Shown one piece after another: positions 53,318 through 62,125 of a DNA stretch of 64,000 nt. Source of the DNA: an uncultured Planctomycetia bacterium (GTDB taxonomy: Bacteria > Planctomycetota > Phycisphaerae > FEN-1346 > JAACEH01); contig CAIYVX010000063.1 of assembly GCA_903929765.1 (NCBI GenBank), forward strand, positions 10,174-74,173, given 5' to 3'. Under the pieces are notes generated by a model. It was not told the origin of the DNA and ran no database searches. It was given only the letters and a program-made list of their open reading frames with translations. The position numbers were made by a program, and so were the translations under genes. Each line of letters begins with the position of its first letter. The first letter of the stretch is position 1.

Positions 53318-54481
53318 CTACTTTCTACCGAAGGGGCTGATTTCGCGAAGGCGGCGCACGATGCCGGGCAGAACTTCGATGACTTTGTCCACGTCGGCGG
53401 CAGTGTTGTAAATCGAGAAAGAGAAACGAATCGAGCCGTGGGCGGCAGTGAAGGGGACGCCCATGGCGCGGAGAACGTGGCTGGGTTCCAGCGACCCCGT
53501 GGTGCAGGCCGAGCCGCTGGAGGCACAGATGCCGTGCTGGTCGAGCAGCAACAGGATGGCTTCGCCTTCGATGAATTCGAAACTGATGTTGGTCGTGTTG
53601 GGGAGGCGGTGAGCGGAGTCCCCGTTGACTTTGGCGTCGGGGCAACGGGCGAGAAGTTCGCGTTCGAGGCGGTCGCGGAGGGCGGCGACGGCGGTGTTCT
53701 CCTTATCCAGGTTGGCCAAAACCAGATCGGCGGCGCGGCCGAGGGCGACGAGGTTGGGCACGGCTTCGGTGCCGGCGCGGCGGTTGGATTCCTGGTGGCC
53801 GCCAAGCAGGAAGGGCGAGAAGCGGGTGCCGCGACGGACAAAGAGGGCGCCGACGCCTTTGGGAGCATGGAGCTTGTGGCCGGAAAGGCTCAGGAAATCG
53901 ATGGCCGAATTGGCCAGGTTGATCGGGACTTTGCCGACGGCCTGGACGGCGTCAGTGTGGAAGAGAGCGCCGTGGTCGCGAGCAATGGCGGCGCATTCTT
54001 CAACGGGGAAGATGACGCCGGTTTCGTTGTTGGCCCACATGACGCTGGCGACCGCAGTTTCGTCATCGACCGCAGCGCGGTACTGGTCCATATCCAATCG
54101 GCCCTGATGGTCGACGCCGACTTCGGTCAGGCGGAGGCCCTGGGTGTCGTGCAGGTGGCGGCAGAGGGTGCGGACGGCGGGGTGCTCGACGCGGGTGGTG
54201 ACGACGTGGCGGCGGTCGGGCAGCGTGGCCAGGGCGGAGAGGATGGCGGTGGAGTCGCTTTCGGTGCCGCAGGAGGTGAAGATGATTTCACTGGGGTGGG
54301 CGCCGAGGAGTCGGGCCAGGGCCTCGCGGGCTTCGCTGATGCGGTTCATGACCAGGCCGCCGAAGGTGTGGATGCTCGATGGGTTGCCGTAGGATTCGCG
54401 GAGGTAGGGCAACATGGCCTCAAGAACTTCGGGGGCGACGGCGGTGGTGGCGTTGTTGTCAAGGTAAACGACGTTGGGCAT
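53318..54481 (-). CDS. nifS: Cysteine desulfurase.
   Basis: The start is MPNVVYLDNNATT. The PLP-lysine motif is SGHKLHAPKG, and the active-site cysteine region is SSGSACTTGS. Confidence 0.9.
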   Translation of the reverse strand: MPNVVYLDNNATTAVAPEVLEAMLPYLRESYGNPSSIHTFGGLVMNRISEAREALARLLGAHPSEIIFTSCGTESDSTAILSALATLPDRRHVVTTRVEHPAVRTLCRHLHDTQGLRLTEVGVDHQGRLDMDQYRAAVDDETAVASVMWANNETGVIFPVEECAAIARDHGALFHTDAVQAVGKVPINLANSAIDFLSLSGHKLHAPKGVGALFVRRGTRFSPFLLGGHQESNRRAGTEAVPNLVALGRAADLVLANLDKENTAVAALRDRLERELLARCPDAKVNGDSAHRLPNTTNISFEFIEGEAILLLLDQHGICASSGSACTTGSLEPSHVLRAMGVPFTAAHGSIRFSFSIYNTAADVDKVIEVLPGIVRRLREISPFGRK

Positions 54482-54490
54482 CGGTGGAGT

Positions 54491-54524
54491 CCTTAAAATC
54501 AATGCAAAATTAAAAATTAACAGC
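54491..54524. promoter_or_regulatory. AT-rich motif CCTTAAAATCAATGCAAAATTAAAAATTAACAGC, 10 nt upstream of the nifS start codon.
   Basis: On the nifS coding strand it reads as an AU-rich leader, TTAATTTTTAATTTTGCATTGATTTTAAGG, that runs up to the ribosome-binding site. Confidence 0.5.
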
Positions 54525-54633
54525 AAGAGTACCGCCGGCCACCTGGCTAGCCGGGAGCCGCGAGTTATGTAGGGCGGCTGCTTGACAGCCGCCATGTCAA
54601 AAGATCGTTTTCCGCTTGATGTTGCTGCTTCTT

Positions 54634-54669
54634 TTCAATTTTTAATTTTGCATTTTTAATTTTTAATTG
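54634..54669. promoter_or_regulatory. Inverted copy of the AT-rich motif (TTTCAATTTTTAATTTTGCATTTTTAATTTTTAATTGC), 5 nt downstream of the nifU stop codon.
   Basis: It is the reverse complement of the 54501-54524 core. Together the two copies form an inverted repeat about 110 nt apart within the nifU-nifS spacer. Confidence 0.5.
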
Positions 54670-54673
54670 CCTC

Positions 54674-55525
54674 TCATGCCACCTGCTCGACGTGAATCGT
54701 TTCGTCGACGAGTTCGCGGAGCTTCTGTTCAACCACGCTCTTGAGGGTGAACTGGCTGACGCGGCAGTTGGAGCAGGTGCCGCGCAGGGCGACGGTGACT
54801 TTGGCCCGGTCGATGTCGATGATTTCGATGTCGCCGCCGTCGTTGCGGAGCCAGGGCCGGATTTCGCGTTCGACGACTTCCTCGATGCGCTTGACGCGTT
54901 CGAGGTTGGTAAGCGGACGCTTTTGCGCGGCGGGGGAAGCCGCCACGGCTTTGCCCGTCGCGGGTTTCGCATTAACATGGTCGATGATTTTCTGAATTTC
55001 CTTGTGACAGCCGCCGCAACCGCCGCCGGCCTTGCAATAGTGGGTGACCTGCTCGATGGTGGTCAGGCCGTGTTCGCGAATGACTTTTTCGATGAGCTGG
55101 TCGGTGACGCCGAAGCAGCGGCAGACGACGGTGCCTTCGGCCACGGCCAGGGTTTCGTGTCGGTAGGCGGCGATGGCTTTTTCGAGGGCTTCCATGCCCA
55201 TGACGGAGCAGTGCATTTTGGCTTCGGGCAGGCCCTGGAGGAAATCGGCAATGTCGTCGTTGGAAAGCTTGGCGGCCTGGTCGAGGGTCATGCCCTTGAT
55301 CATTTCGGTGACGGCGCTGGAACTGGCGATGGCCGAGGCGCAGCCAAAGGTCTGAAAGCGGGCGTCGAGGATGCGCTGGGTGGCCTTGTCGATGCGGAGA
55401 GTCAGCTTGAGAGCGTCGCCGCAAGTAATGTTGCCGACCTCGGCGACGGCGTCGGGATTTTCGATTTCCCCGACGTTGCGCGGATGGAGGAAATGGTCTT
55501 TGACCTTTTCACTGTAGTCCCACAT
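54674..55525 (-). CDS. nifU: Fe-S cluster assembly scaffold NifU (three-domain type).
   Basis: The N-terminal IscU-like domain (GNITCGDALKL, FQTFGCASAIASSS, HCSVMGMEAL), a central domain with CRCFG and CGGCH Cys pairs, and the C-terminal NifU domain GTCSNC. Confidence 0.9.
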   Translation of the reverse strand: MWDYSEKVKDHFLHPRNVGEIENPDAVAEVGNITCGDALKLTLRIDKATQRILDARFQTFGCASAIASSSAVTEMIKGMTLDQAAKLSNDDIADFLQGLPEAKMHCSVMGMEALEKAIAAYRHETLAVAEGTVVCRCFGVTDQLIEKVIREHGLTTIEQVTHYCKAGGGCGGCHKEIQKIIDHVNAKPATGKAVAASPAAQKRPLTNLERVKRIEEVVEREIRPWLRNDGGDIEIIDIDRAKVTVALRGTCSNCRVSQFTLKSVVEQKLRELVDETIHVEQVA

Positions 55526-55565
55526 GGTGAGTCCTTTCAGAACAGCAGTCCTCAGTCTTCAGGCA

Positions 55566-55645
55566 CAGCAACTGCAGAAACACCGGCGTCCCCCAGCAGT
55601 GCTGGTGGCTTCAAAAAAAGAAGCAACAACGGCAACAGCCCCGTC
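55566..55645. repeat. Copy of the repeat family CAGAAACA-CCCCCAGCAGTGCTGGTGGCTTCAAAAAAAGAAGCAACAACGGCAACAGCC, 40 nt upstream of the nifU start codon.
   Basis: Same modules as 38945-39030 and 47527-47600. Confidence 0.65.
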
Positions 55646-55981
55646 TCACTTCATTCTAGCGGGAGGAGCGTACGGCGGCAAGCGGTGATTTACGGGTCGT
55701 TTTCTGTTGACGAGGGCAGGGAGGCGGAGATAGAATGCTCGGTCGCAGGCGGGTCCGTTGACGTGGGCCCTGGTGATGTGGAAGAAGTCGAGGTCGGCCC
55801 GAGACGGGAACGAGGCGTATTCCCTGGAGTCAGAGCATGTAGCGAGCGGCATTAAGATCCTCGGCGTCCCGAAGAAGTTCGAGGCGTCTGCCGCGCCAGA
55901 GGCGCGGCCTGTAGGTGGGGTCCGCTCGCAGCGCTCCACTTTTTTGTTTTTATATGGCCAGGCAGGAAGCAAGGAGAAGGT

Positions 55982-57340
55982 ATGAACAATGAATTGTTGC
56001 GGCTGATCGACGCGATCGCCCGCGAGAAGAACATCGACCGCGAGGTGGTGCTCCAGGGCATCGAAGGGGCGCTGCTCAGCGCCGCCCACAAGCATTGCGG
56101 GATGACGGCCAACGTGGTGGCGAGCATCGACCGGATCACGGGGGCGATGAGCGTGACCTGCGACGGCAAGGAGCTCGACCCGAAACACCTGGGGCGGATA
56201 GCAGCCCAGGCGGCCAAACAGGTGCTGATCCACAAGAACCGCGAGGCGGAGCGGAGTTCGATCTTCGGCGAGTACCAGGGCCGCAAGGGTTCGATCATTT
56301 CGGGCCAGGTTTCGCGGGCCGAGGGCGGGAACATCGTCGTAAACCTGGGCCGGGTGGAGGGCTTTTTGCCGCGCTCGGAGCAGATTCCCGGCGAGGCGAT
56401 TCACGAGGCCGACCGGATTCGGGCGTTGATTTTCGACGTGCGCGAGGCCGGCAACCAGGTCAAGATCATCCTGTCGCGGACCAGTCCGGACTTCATCCGG
56501 CGGCTGTTCGAGCTGGAGGTGCCGGAGGTGGCCGACCGGATCATCGAGATCAAGGGCATCGCCCGCGAGGCGGGACAGCGGACGAAAATCGCGGTGACGT
56601 CGATCGACACGCGGGTGGACGCGGTGGGGGCGTGCGTGGGAATTCGCGGCTCGCGGATCAAAAACATCGTGGAGGAACTGGGCGGCGAAAAAATCGACAT
56701 CGTGCGCTTTAACGAATCCTCGCAGGTGTTCATCGCCAACGCCCTGCGGCCGGCCCTGGTGGAAGACATTTTCCTGAATCACGAACTGGGCCGGGCGACG
56801 GTGATCGTGCCGGAAGACCAGTTGAGCCTGGCCATCGGCAAGCGCGGCCAGAACGTGCGCCTGGCGGCGCGGCTGACGGGATGGGACCTGGACATCATGA
56901 TGGCGGGCGAGTTCGCCCAGCAGCGGGACAACGCCGTCAAGGTGCTGGCCGAGGTGCCGGGGATGGACCAGGCCCTGGCGGAGCGGATTGCGGCGGCTGG
57001 GTTTGTGTCGCTGGGCGACATTGCCCGGCTCGACCCGCAGATTCTGACGCGGTTCGAAGGGGTGAACGAACAACTTTCGCAGGACATTATCAACTTCTCG
57101 GCCGAGTATGTGCGGCAGCTTGAAGCGGCCAAGACGGAGGAGACGGTGGCGTTGGCGTCGGCGACGGCGGAAGGTGAATTGATCGCGGGCGCGGAGTTGG
57201 CCGAGAACGCCCCGGACGCGCCGAGCGAAGGTCTGGCGGAGGTTCTGGACGCGGAAGGCGCGGCGGCGGAAGGTGAAAAAGCCGTCGAGAAACCGGCGGA
57301 AACCGAGAAGCCGGGTGAGGCGGAGAAGCCGAGCGCGTAA
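55982..57340 (+). CDS. nusA: Transcription termination/antitermination factor NusA.
   Basis: The N-terminal NusA domain ([20 protein letters not shown]), the S1 domain, and the KH domains with [22 protein letters not shown] and [21 protein letters not shown]. Confidence 0.95.
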   Translation: MNNELLRLIDAIAREKNIDREVVLQGIEGALLSAAHKHCGMTANVVASIDRITGAMSVTCDGKELDPKHLGRIAAQAAKQVLIHKNREAERSSIFGEYQGRKGSIISGQVSRAEGGNIVVNLGRVEGFLPRSEQIPGEAIHEADRIRALIFDVREAGNQVKIILSRTSPDFIRRLFELEVPEVADRIIEIKGIAREAGQRTKIAVTSIDTRVDAVGACVGIRGSRIKNIVEELGGEKIDIVRFNESSQVFIANALRPALVEDIFLNHELGRATVIVPEDQLSLAIGKRGQNVRLAARLTGWDLDIMMAGEFAQQRDNAVKVLAEVPGMDQALAERIAAAGFVSLGDIARLDPQILTRFEGVNEQLSQDIINFSAEYVRQLEAAKTEETVALASATAEGELIAGAELAENAPDAPSEGLAEVLDAEGAAAEGEKAVEKPAETEKPGEAEKPSA

Positions 57341-57344
57341 GCAA

Positions 57345-57402
57345 GTAGGTCGGGTCAACAGACCCGACATTATCAGTAGCACGTCGGGTCTGTTGACCCG
57401 AC
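57345..57402. repeat. Tandem inverted pair of REP-type palindromes (GTAGGTCGGGTC-AACA-GACCCGACAT and ACGTCGGGTC-TGTT-GACCCGAC), 5 nt after the nusA stop codon. A CACGGGCAAGATGCCCGTG hairpin follows at 57412-57430.
   Basis: Two perfect 8-bp-stem hairpins in opposite orientation, 10 nt apart. The third hairpin is identical to the one inside the GT4 gene. Confidence 0.8.
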
Positions 57403-57460
57403 TAACGTTCTACAAAGCTCACGGGCAAGATGCCCGTGCTACTGTAAAGGGAGAGCCTCA

Positions 57461-60436
57461 TTGAGCATCCGAGTTTACGGCCTCTCAACTGAGTTGGGCG
57501 TTACCAGCAAGAAGTTGCTGGAACTGTGTCAGCTTGAGGGGATCGACGCGAAGAGCCATGCGGCGACGCTGACCGAAAGCGAAGCGACCCGTCTGCGCGT
57601 GCGGATCAAGGCGGATTCCGAGCCGGCGGCTAAGGCGGCGGAGACACCGGCGGCAGAGCCGGCTCCGGCGGCGGAAGGGGCGAAGTTGGCGTTCGCGCCG
57701 AAGCTGGGTGCGGTGCGACGGCGACCGCCGCAAAAAGGCGTGGCCATAGAAGAGGCCAAGGCGAGCCCCGCGGCGGCGACCGCGGAAGCGGTCGTGGCGG
57801 CGGTTCCCGCCGTGGCGGTCGCTGCTAAAGTTGAGTCAGCGCCGGCAACACCAGCGGTCGCGGCGCCGGTCGAGGCGGCGGAGGTCGCTGCGGCGGCGCC
57901 GGTCGCGGAGCCTGTGACGGCAGCGCCGACGGAAGCTGAGACGGAAGCGCCGGCGGCCGAGGTCGTCTCGGAGCCAGAAACTCCGCCGACCGAGATAGCA
58001 CCGCCCAAGAAGAAAAAAGTTTCAATTGATGAGTTTGTGGTCGAGGTGCCCAAGGCCATCGGCCGCATCGAAGGCATTGTGCCGAAGAAGATTCCGGTCC
58101 GCGACCGGGATCGCAAAAAAGGGCGAGAGAAGAAGGAAGAAGAGAAGCCGGCGGAAGCGGGTGGTCGGGCTCATCCACAGTCGATTGGACTACCGCCGGA
58201 GCAAACGGAAGCGGGCAAGAAGGCCAAGGAGATCGCCTCTCGGGCGATTCGTGAAGCGCACAAGCAGTCGCCGAGCCAGAAGGGCCTGATGGCGGACACA
58301 AACCGTCCGCAATCGGGTCGGTCGGCCAGCGCCGGCGGCCGTCGCGGGGCTGCCGCGGCGAGCGGGGGCGTGGCAGAGGCAGCGCCGGGACCGCGCGGCG
58401 GGCCATCGCGCGGCGGGGCTTCGCGCGGCGGGGCCGGCGGCGAACCGGACGCTCCTGAAACTGATGAGCGTAAGGGCGTTAAGCCGGTCAAACGGTCGCA
58501 GGACGCCCGGCGGCGCGACAAGGTGGAATTGGACTCGGACATCGGGGTTCTGGCGGCGGGGCACGTCCGGCTGGAGCGCGGCGAGCCGATCCGCAAGACC
58601 TATACGGAACGGCGGCGCCGGCAGCGGCCGCTGAAGACGAAGAAGGCGGACGAACCGCTGCACGGCGGGGCGGTGGAGATTGAAGAGCCGATTACGATCA
58701 AGTCGTTCTGCGCGGCCTTGGGCGTTCAGGCCAGCGCGGTGATCGCGCGGCTGATGCGCAGCGGGGTGATGGCGACGGTAAACCAGGCCCTGGCGACGGA
58801 TCAGGCGGAGGCGCTGGCCATCGAGTTCGGTGTGGAACTGAAGGTGAAACAGCAACTGGACGTGGAAGAGTCGATTGCGGCGGCCGTCACCGGGAGCGAC
58901 GGCGAAGGCGAAGAGCCGGGCGTGCGTCAGCCGCGAGCGCCGGTGGTAACGTTCCTGGGTCACGTCGACCACGGCAAGACGAGCTTGATGGACCAGATTC
59001 GCCGGACCAACGTGGTTTCGGGCGAGGCCGGCGGGATAACGCAGCACATCGGGGCCTACCGGGTTCAGGTGGGCGAGCGGGCCGTGACGTTCCTGGACAC
59101 ACCGGGTCACGAGGCGTTTACGGCCATGCGGGCCCGCGGGGCGCGAATCACGGACATCGTGGTGCTGGTGGTGGCGGCGGACGACGGCATCATGCCGCAG
59201 ACCGACGAGGCGATCAATCACGCCCGGGCGGCGAAGGTGCCGATCGTGGTGGCGCTCAACAAGGTGGACAAGCCGGAGGCGAACTTGCAGCGGGTGCTGG
59301 GCCAGTTGGCCGAGCGCGACCTGGTGCCGGAAGAGTGGGGCGGCAAGACGATTGTCATTCAGACCGCAGCGACGACGGGCCAGGGCATTCCGGAACTGCT
59401 GGAAGCCCTGACACTGGAAGCGGAAATGCTGGAACTGGGCGCGGTGCCGGACCGGTTGGCCCGCGGAACGGTGATCGAAGCACGAATGGACGAGGGCCTC
59501 GGTCCGGTCACGACGGTGCTGGTGCAGGATGGCACGCTGCGCGTGGGCCAGGCGATTCTGGCCGGGACGGCCTTCGGTCGCGTGCGGGCGATGACGGACG
59601 ACGCAGGACGGACGGTGACGGAAGCGGCGCCGAGCATGCCGGTGCGGGTCAGCGGGTTTTCGGCGGTGCCCAACGCGGGAGACCGGTTCACGGTGCTGGA
59701 AAATCTCCAGGCGGCGCGCGAGTTCGCCGAGCAGCGGGCCGACAAGACGCGGCAGGCGGCGCTGGTCTCGCGCAAGCACGTCACGCTGGAAAAGTTGATG
59801 GAGCAGATGGCGGCGACCGAGGTGAAGATGCTCAACGTCATCCTCAAGGGCGACGTGCAGGGCTCGGTCGAAGTGCTGAAGTCAGCCATCGGAGAGTTGA
59901 AGCACCCGGAAGTTCAGGTGGCGGTGCTGCACGCGGGGGTCGGGGCGATCAACGAGAGCGACGTGATTCTGGCCGACGCCAGCGACGCGGTGATCATCGG
60001 CTTCGGCGTCATTGCCGACGACACGGGCCGGGCTTTGGCCGAGCAGAAGGGCGTGGACATCCGGGTTTACACGATTATTTACCAGGTCATCGACGACCTC
60101 AAGGCGGCGCTCCAGGGCATGCTCAAGCCGGAGAAGAAGCAGCAGGTGGTCGGGCATCTGGTGGTGCGAACCACCTTCAAGGTTTCGCGCGTGGGGACGA
60201 TTGCGGGTTGCTACGTCACCGACGGCGTGTTCCGGCGAGCCAATCCGGTGCGCGTCAGCCGGCACGGCGTGGTGGTCTACGAAGGCAAGATCGATTCGCT
60301 GAAACGGTTCAAGGACGACGCCAAAGAAGTGGCGTCGGGGTTGGAATGCGGGTTGAAGATCGCCGGGTTCGACGACATCAAGGCCGATGACGTGGTGGAG
60401 TCAATCGAGACGATTGAAATCAAACGCACGCTATGA
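57461..60436 (+). CDS. infB: Translation initiation factor IF-2.
   Basis: TTG start. The N-terminus is Ala/Pro/Glu-rich. The G-domain is [12 protein letters not shown]...DTPGHEAF...NKVD, followed by the C-terminal beta-barrels. Confidence 0.95.
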   Translation: MSIRVYGLSTELGVTSKKLLELCQLEGIDAKSHAATLTESEATRLRVRIKADSEPAAKAAETPAAEPAPAAEGAKLAFAPKLGAVRRRPPQKGVAIEEAKASPAAATAEAVVAAVPAVAVAAKVESAPATPAVAAPVEAAEVAAAAPVAEPVTAAPTEAETEAPAAEVVSEPETPPTEIAPPKKKKVSIDEFVVEVPKAIGRIEGIVPKKIPVRDRDRKKGREKKEEEKPAEAGGRAHPQSIGLPPEQTEAGKKAKEIASRAIREAHKQSPSQKGLMADTNRPQSGRSASAGGRRGAAAASGGVAEAAPGPRGGPSRGGASRGGAGGEPDAPETDERKGVKPVKRSQDARRRDKVELDSDIGVLAAGHVRLERGEPIRKTYTERRRRQRPLKTKKADEPLHGGAVEIEEPITIKSFCAALGVQASAVIARLMRSGVMATVNQALATDQAEALAIEFGVELKVKQQLDVEESIAAAVTGSDGEGEEPGVRQPRAPVVTFLGHVDHGKTSLMDQIRRTNVVSGEAGGITQHIGAYRVQVGERAVTFLDTPGHEAFTAMRARGARITDIVVLVVAADDGIMPQTDEAINHARAAKVPIVVALNKVDKPEANLQRVLGQLAERDLVPEEWGGKTIVIQTAATTGQGIPELLEALTLEAEMLELGAVPDRLARGTVIEARMDEGLGPVTTVLVQDGTLRVGQAILAGTAFGRVRAMTDDAGRTVTEAAPSMPVRVSGFSAVPNAGDRFTVLENLQAAREFAEQRADKTRQAALVSRKHVTLEKLMEQMAATEVKMLNVILKGDVQGSVEVLKSAIGELKHPEVQVAVLHAGVGAINESDVILADASDAVIIGFGVIADDTGRALAEQKGVDIRVYTIIYQVIDDLKAALQGMLKPEKKQQVVGHLVVRTTFKVSRVGTIAGCYVTDGVFRRANPVRVSRHGVVVYEGKIDSLKRFKDDAKEVASGLECGLKIAGFDDIKADDVVESIETIEIKRTL

Positions 60437-60444
60437 GCCTACGG

Positions 60445-60472
60445 ATGTCGGGTCTGTTGACCCGGCCTGCAT
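60445..60472. repeat. REP-type palindrome (ATGTCGGGTC-TGTT-GACCCGGCCTGCAT), 9 nt after the infB stop codon.
   Basis: Same family as 525-550. The stem has one mismatch. Confidence 0.7.
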
Positions 60473-60475
60473 AAT

Positions 60476-60757
60476 ATGGTGGTAGGCGTACTGGAATTCG
60501 AGGTGGTCATCCGCGAGTCGCAGTCGCTGAAGGATAAGCGTCGCGCCGTGAAGGGGTTGAAAGATCGGCTGCGGCACCGCTTTCCGGTGTCGATTGCGGA
60601 GGTGGATTACCTGGAGCACTGGCAGCGGAGCGGGCTGGGGGCGGCGATCGTTTCCAACGATGCTCAGTATGCGACGGAAGTGCTGTCGAAAGTGGTGGAT
60701 TTTGTGCGGAACTCGGTGACGGTGGAGTTGGTTGACTATTCTATAGAGACTTTCTAG
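60476..60757 (+). CDS. DUF503 family protein (YlxP-like), in the conserved position within the nusA-infB operon.
   Basis: 93-aa ORF MVVGVLEFEVVIRESQSLKDKRRAVKGLKDRL, typical of DUF503. Confidence 0.85.
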   Translation: MVVGVLEFEVVIRESQSLKDKRRAVKGLKDRLRHRFPVSIAEVDYLEHWQRSGLGAAIVSNDAQYATEVLSKVVDFVRNSVTVELVDYSIETF

Positions 60758-60823
60758 GCCACGAAGACATGGCGGCAAACAACGGCCGCCATGCCACCCG
60801 GCCCTTGTGGTTTGGAGACAAAC

Positions 60824-61279
60824 GTGGTAACCAGTCGGCGGTGTCTGCGCGTGGCCGAGGTGATCAAGCAGATCACGAGCCGCGTCATCCTCTACGAACT
60901 GGCCGACCCGCGTGTGGGGTTTGTGACGGTGACAGAGGTGGACGTGGCGCCGGACATGCGCTCTGCCCAGGTCAAGATCTCGGTGCTGGGAGACGAGACG
61001 CGCGGGCGGCTCTGTATGGCGGCGGTGCGGCGGGCGGCGGGCCGGATTCAGGGCGAGGTCAACCGGGAACTGGGCATGAAGATCCTGCCGCGATTGCACT
61101 TCGTTCTCGACGACAGCGTGAAGAAGAGCGTGGAAATATCGCGGCTGATGCACCAGGCCGCATCAGAGTACCGCACGCCGGCGGACGGCGAAGCGGAGGT
61201 CCCGGCGGGCCAGGACGAAACGAAAAAGCCGGCCGAGGACGAGGATGAGAATCAGGAGAGTGGGGAGGACCTTTCATAA
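60824..61279 (+). CDS. rbfA: Ribosome-binding factor A.
   Basis: RVAEVIKQITSRVILYELADPRVGFVTVTEVDVAPDMRSAQVKISV is the RbfA KH-like fold. Likely GTG start at 60824, 5 nt after a GGAGA ribosome-binding site. The ATG at 60791 is an alternative. Confidence 0.85.
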   Translation: MVTSRRCLRVAEVIKQITSRVILYELADPRVGFVTVTEVDVAPDMRSAQVKISVLGDETRGRLCMAAVRRAAGRIQGEVNRELGMKILPRLHFVLDDSVKKSVEISRLMHQAASEYRTPADGEAEVPAGQDETKKPAEDEDENQESGEDLS

Positions 61280-62109
61280 TGAGATCGTTCGCCGAGCGTC
61301 AGGCCGGCCTGCAAAAGGCGGTCCGGCCGCTGCGTAAAAAATTCGGCAAGCAGCAGATGGCGTCGGGCGAGGACGTGGCCCTCCAACTGGTGCGTTTCCT
61401 CCTGCTGGAGGAAAGCAGCCACGCGGAGGTGAACGAGGCCATGGTCCGGATTCCGGCGGGCTTTGTCGATCTCAACGAACTGCGGATCAGCTTCCCGGAG
61501 GAGATCGCCGAGGTCGTGCCGGGGGTAAGCTTCATCCAGCGGAAGGCCTCGCGGATCACGCAACTGTTCAACGCCATGTTCCTGCGGCACAACACGATGA
61601 CCTGGGAATTCCTGCGAACCTACAACATCCGCGACCTGCGGCAATACTTCGAGAAGATTGACGGCGGCGACGCAGTGCTGAGCGCGGCGGCGGTGATGCT
61701 GTTGTCGCCGGGCCACGCGATTCCGGCCGACAGCGACGTGCGGCGCACGCTGGGGCGGCTGGGCCTGACGGAGCATGGCGAGGACGTGGCGGCGCTGCAG
61801 GGGTTCCTGGAACGTGCGGTGGCGAAGGAACAGGGCTACGAGACGTGGGCGCTGCTGCACCGGCTGGCGGAAACGGTTTGCGTGGTTGGTGAGCCGGCCT
61901 GCGCCAAGTGCCTGCTGCACGGATTCTGCCCGACGGGAATTGATAAGCTGACGAAGAAGGCAAAGAAGAGCGAGACGAAAACGGAGAAGAAGCCGGAGAA
62001 GAAGAAACCGGCTGGGAAGAAACCCACGGCGAAGAAACCCAAAGCGGCGGTGAAGATGGCCGCGAAGCCGGCGGGGAAGAATAACCAGAAGAAGAAAAAG
62101 AAGAAGTGA
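61279..62109 (+). CDS. HhH-GPD (endonuclease III-like) superfamily protein with a [4Fe-4S] loop and a long lysine-rich C-terminal tail resembling histone H1.
   Basis: The C-X6-C-X2-C-X5-C Fe-S cluster loop CVVGEPACAKCLLHGFC is at the C-terminal end of the catalytic domain. It is followed by the tail KKAKKSETKTEKKPEKKKPAGKKPTAKKPKAAVKMAAKPAGKNNQKKKKKK. Confidence 0.6.
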   Translation: MRSFAERQAGLQKAVRPLRKKFGKQQMASGEDVALQLVRFLLLEESSHAEVNEAMVRIPAGFVDLNELRISFPEEIAEVVPGVSFIQRKASRITQLFNAMFLRHNTMTWEFLRTYNIRDLRQYFEKIDGGDAVLSAAAVMLLSPGHAIPADSDVRRTLGRLGLTEHGEDVAALQGFLERAVAKEQGYETWALLHRLAETVCVVGEPACAKCLLHGFCPTGIDKLTKKAKKSETKTEKKPEKKKPAGKKPTAKKPKAAVKMAAKPAGKNNQKKKKKK

Positions 62110-62125
62110 TTAGGAAATTAAGGAT

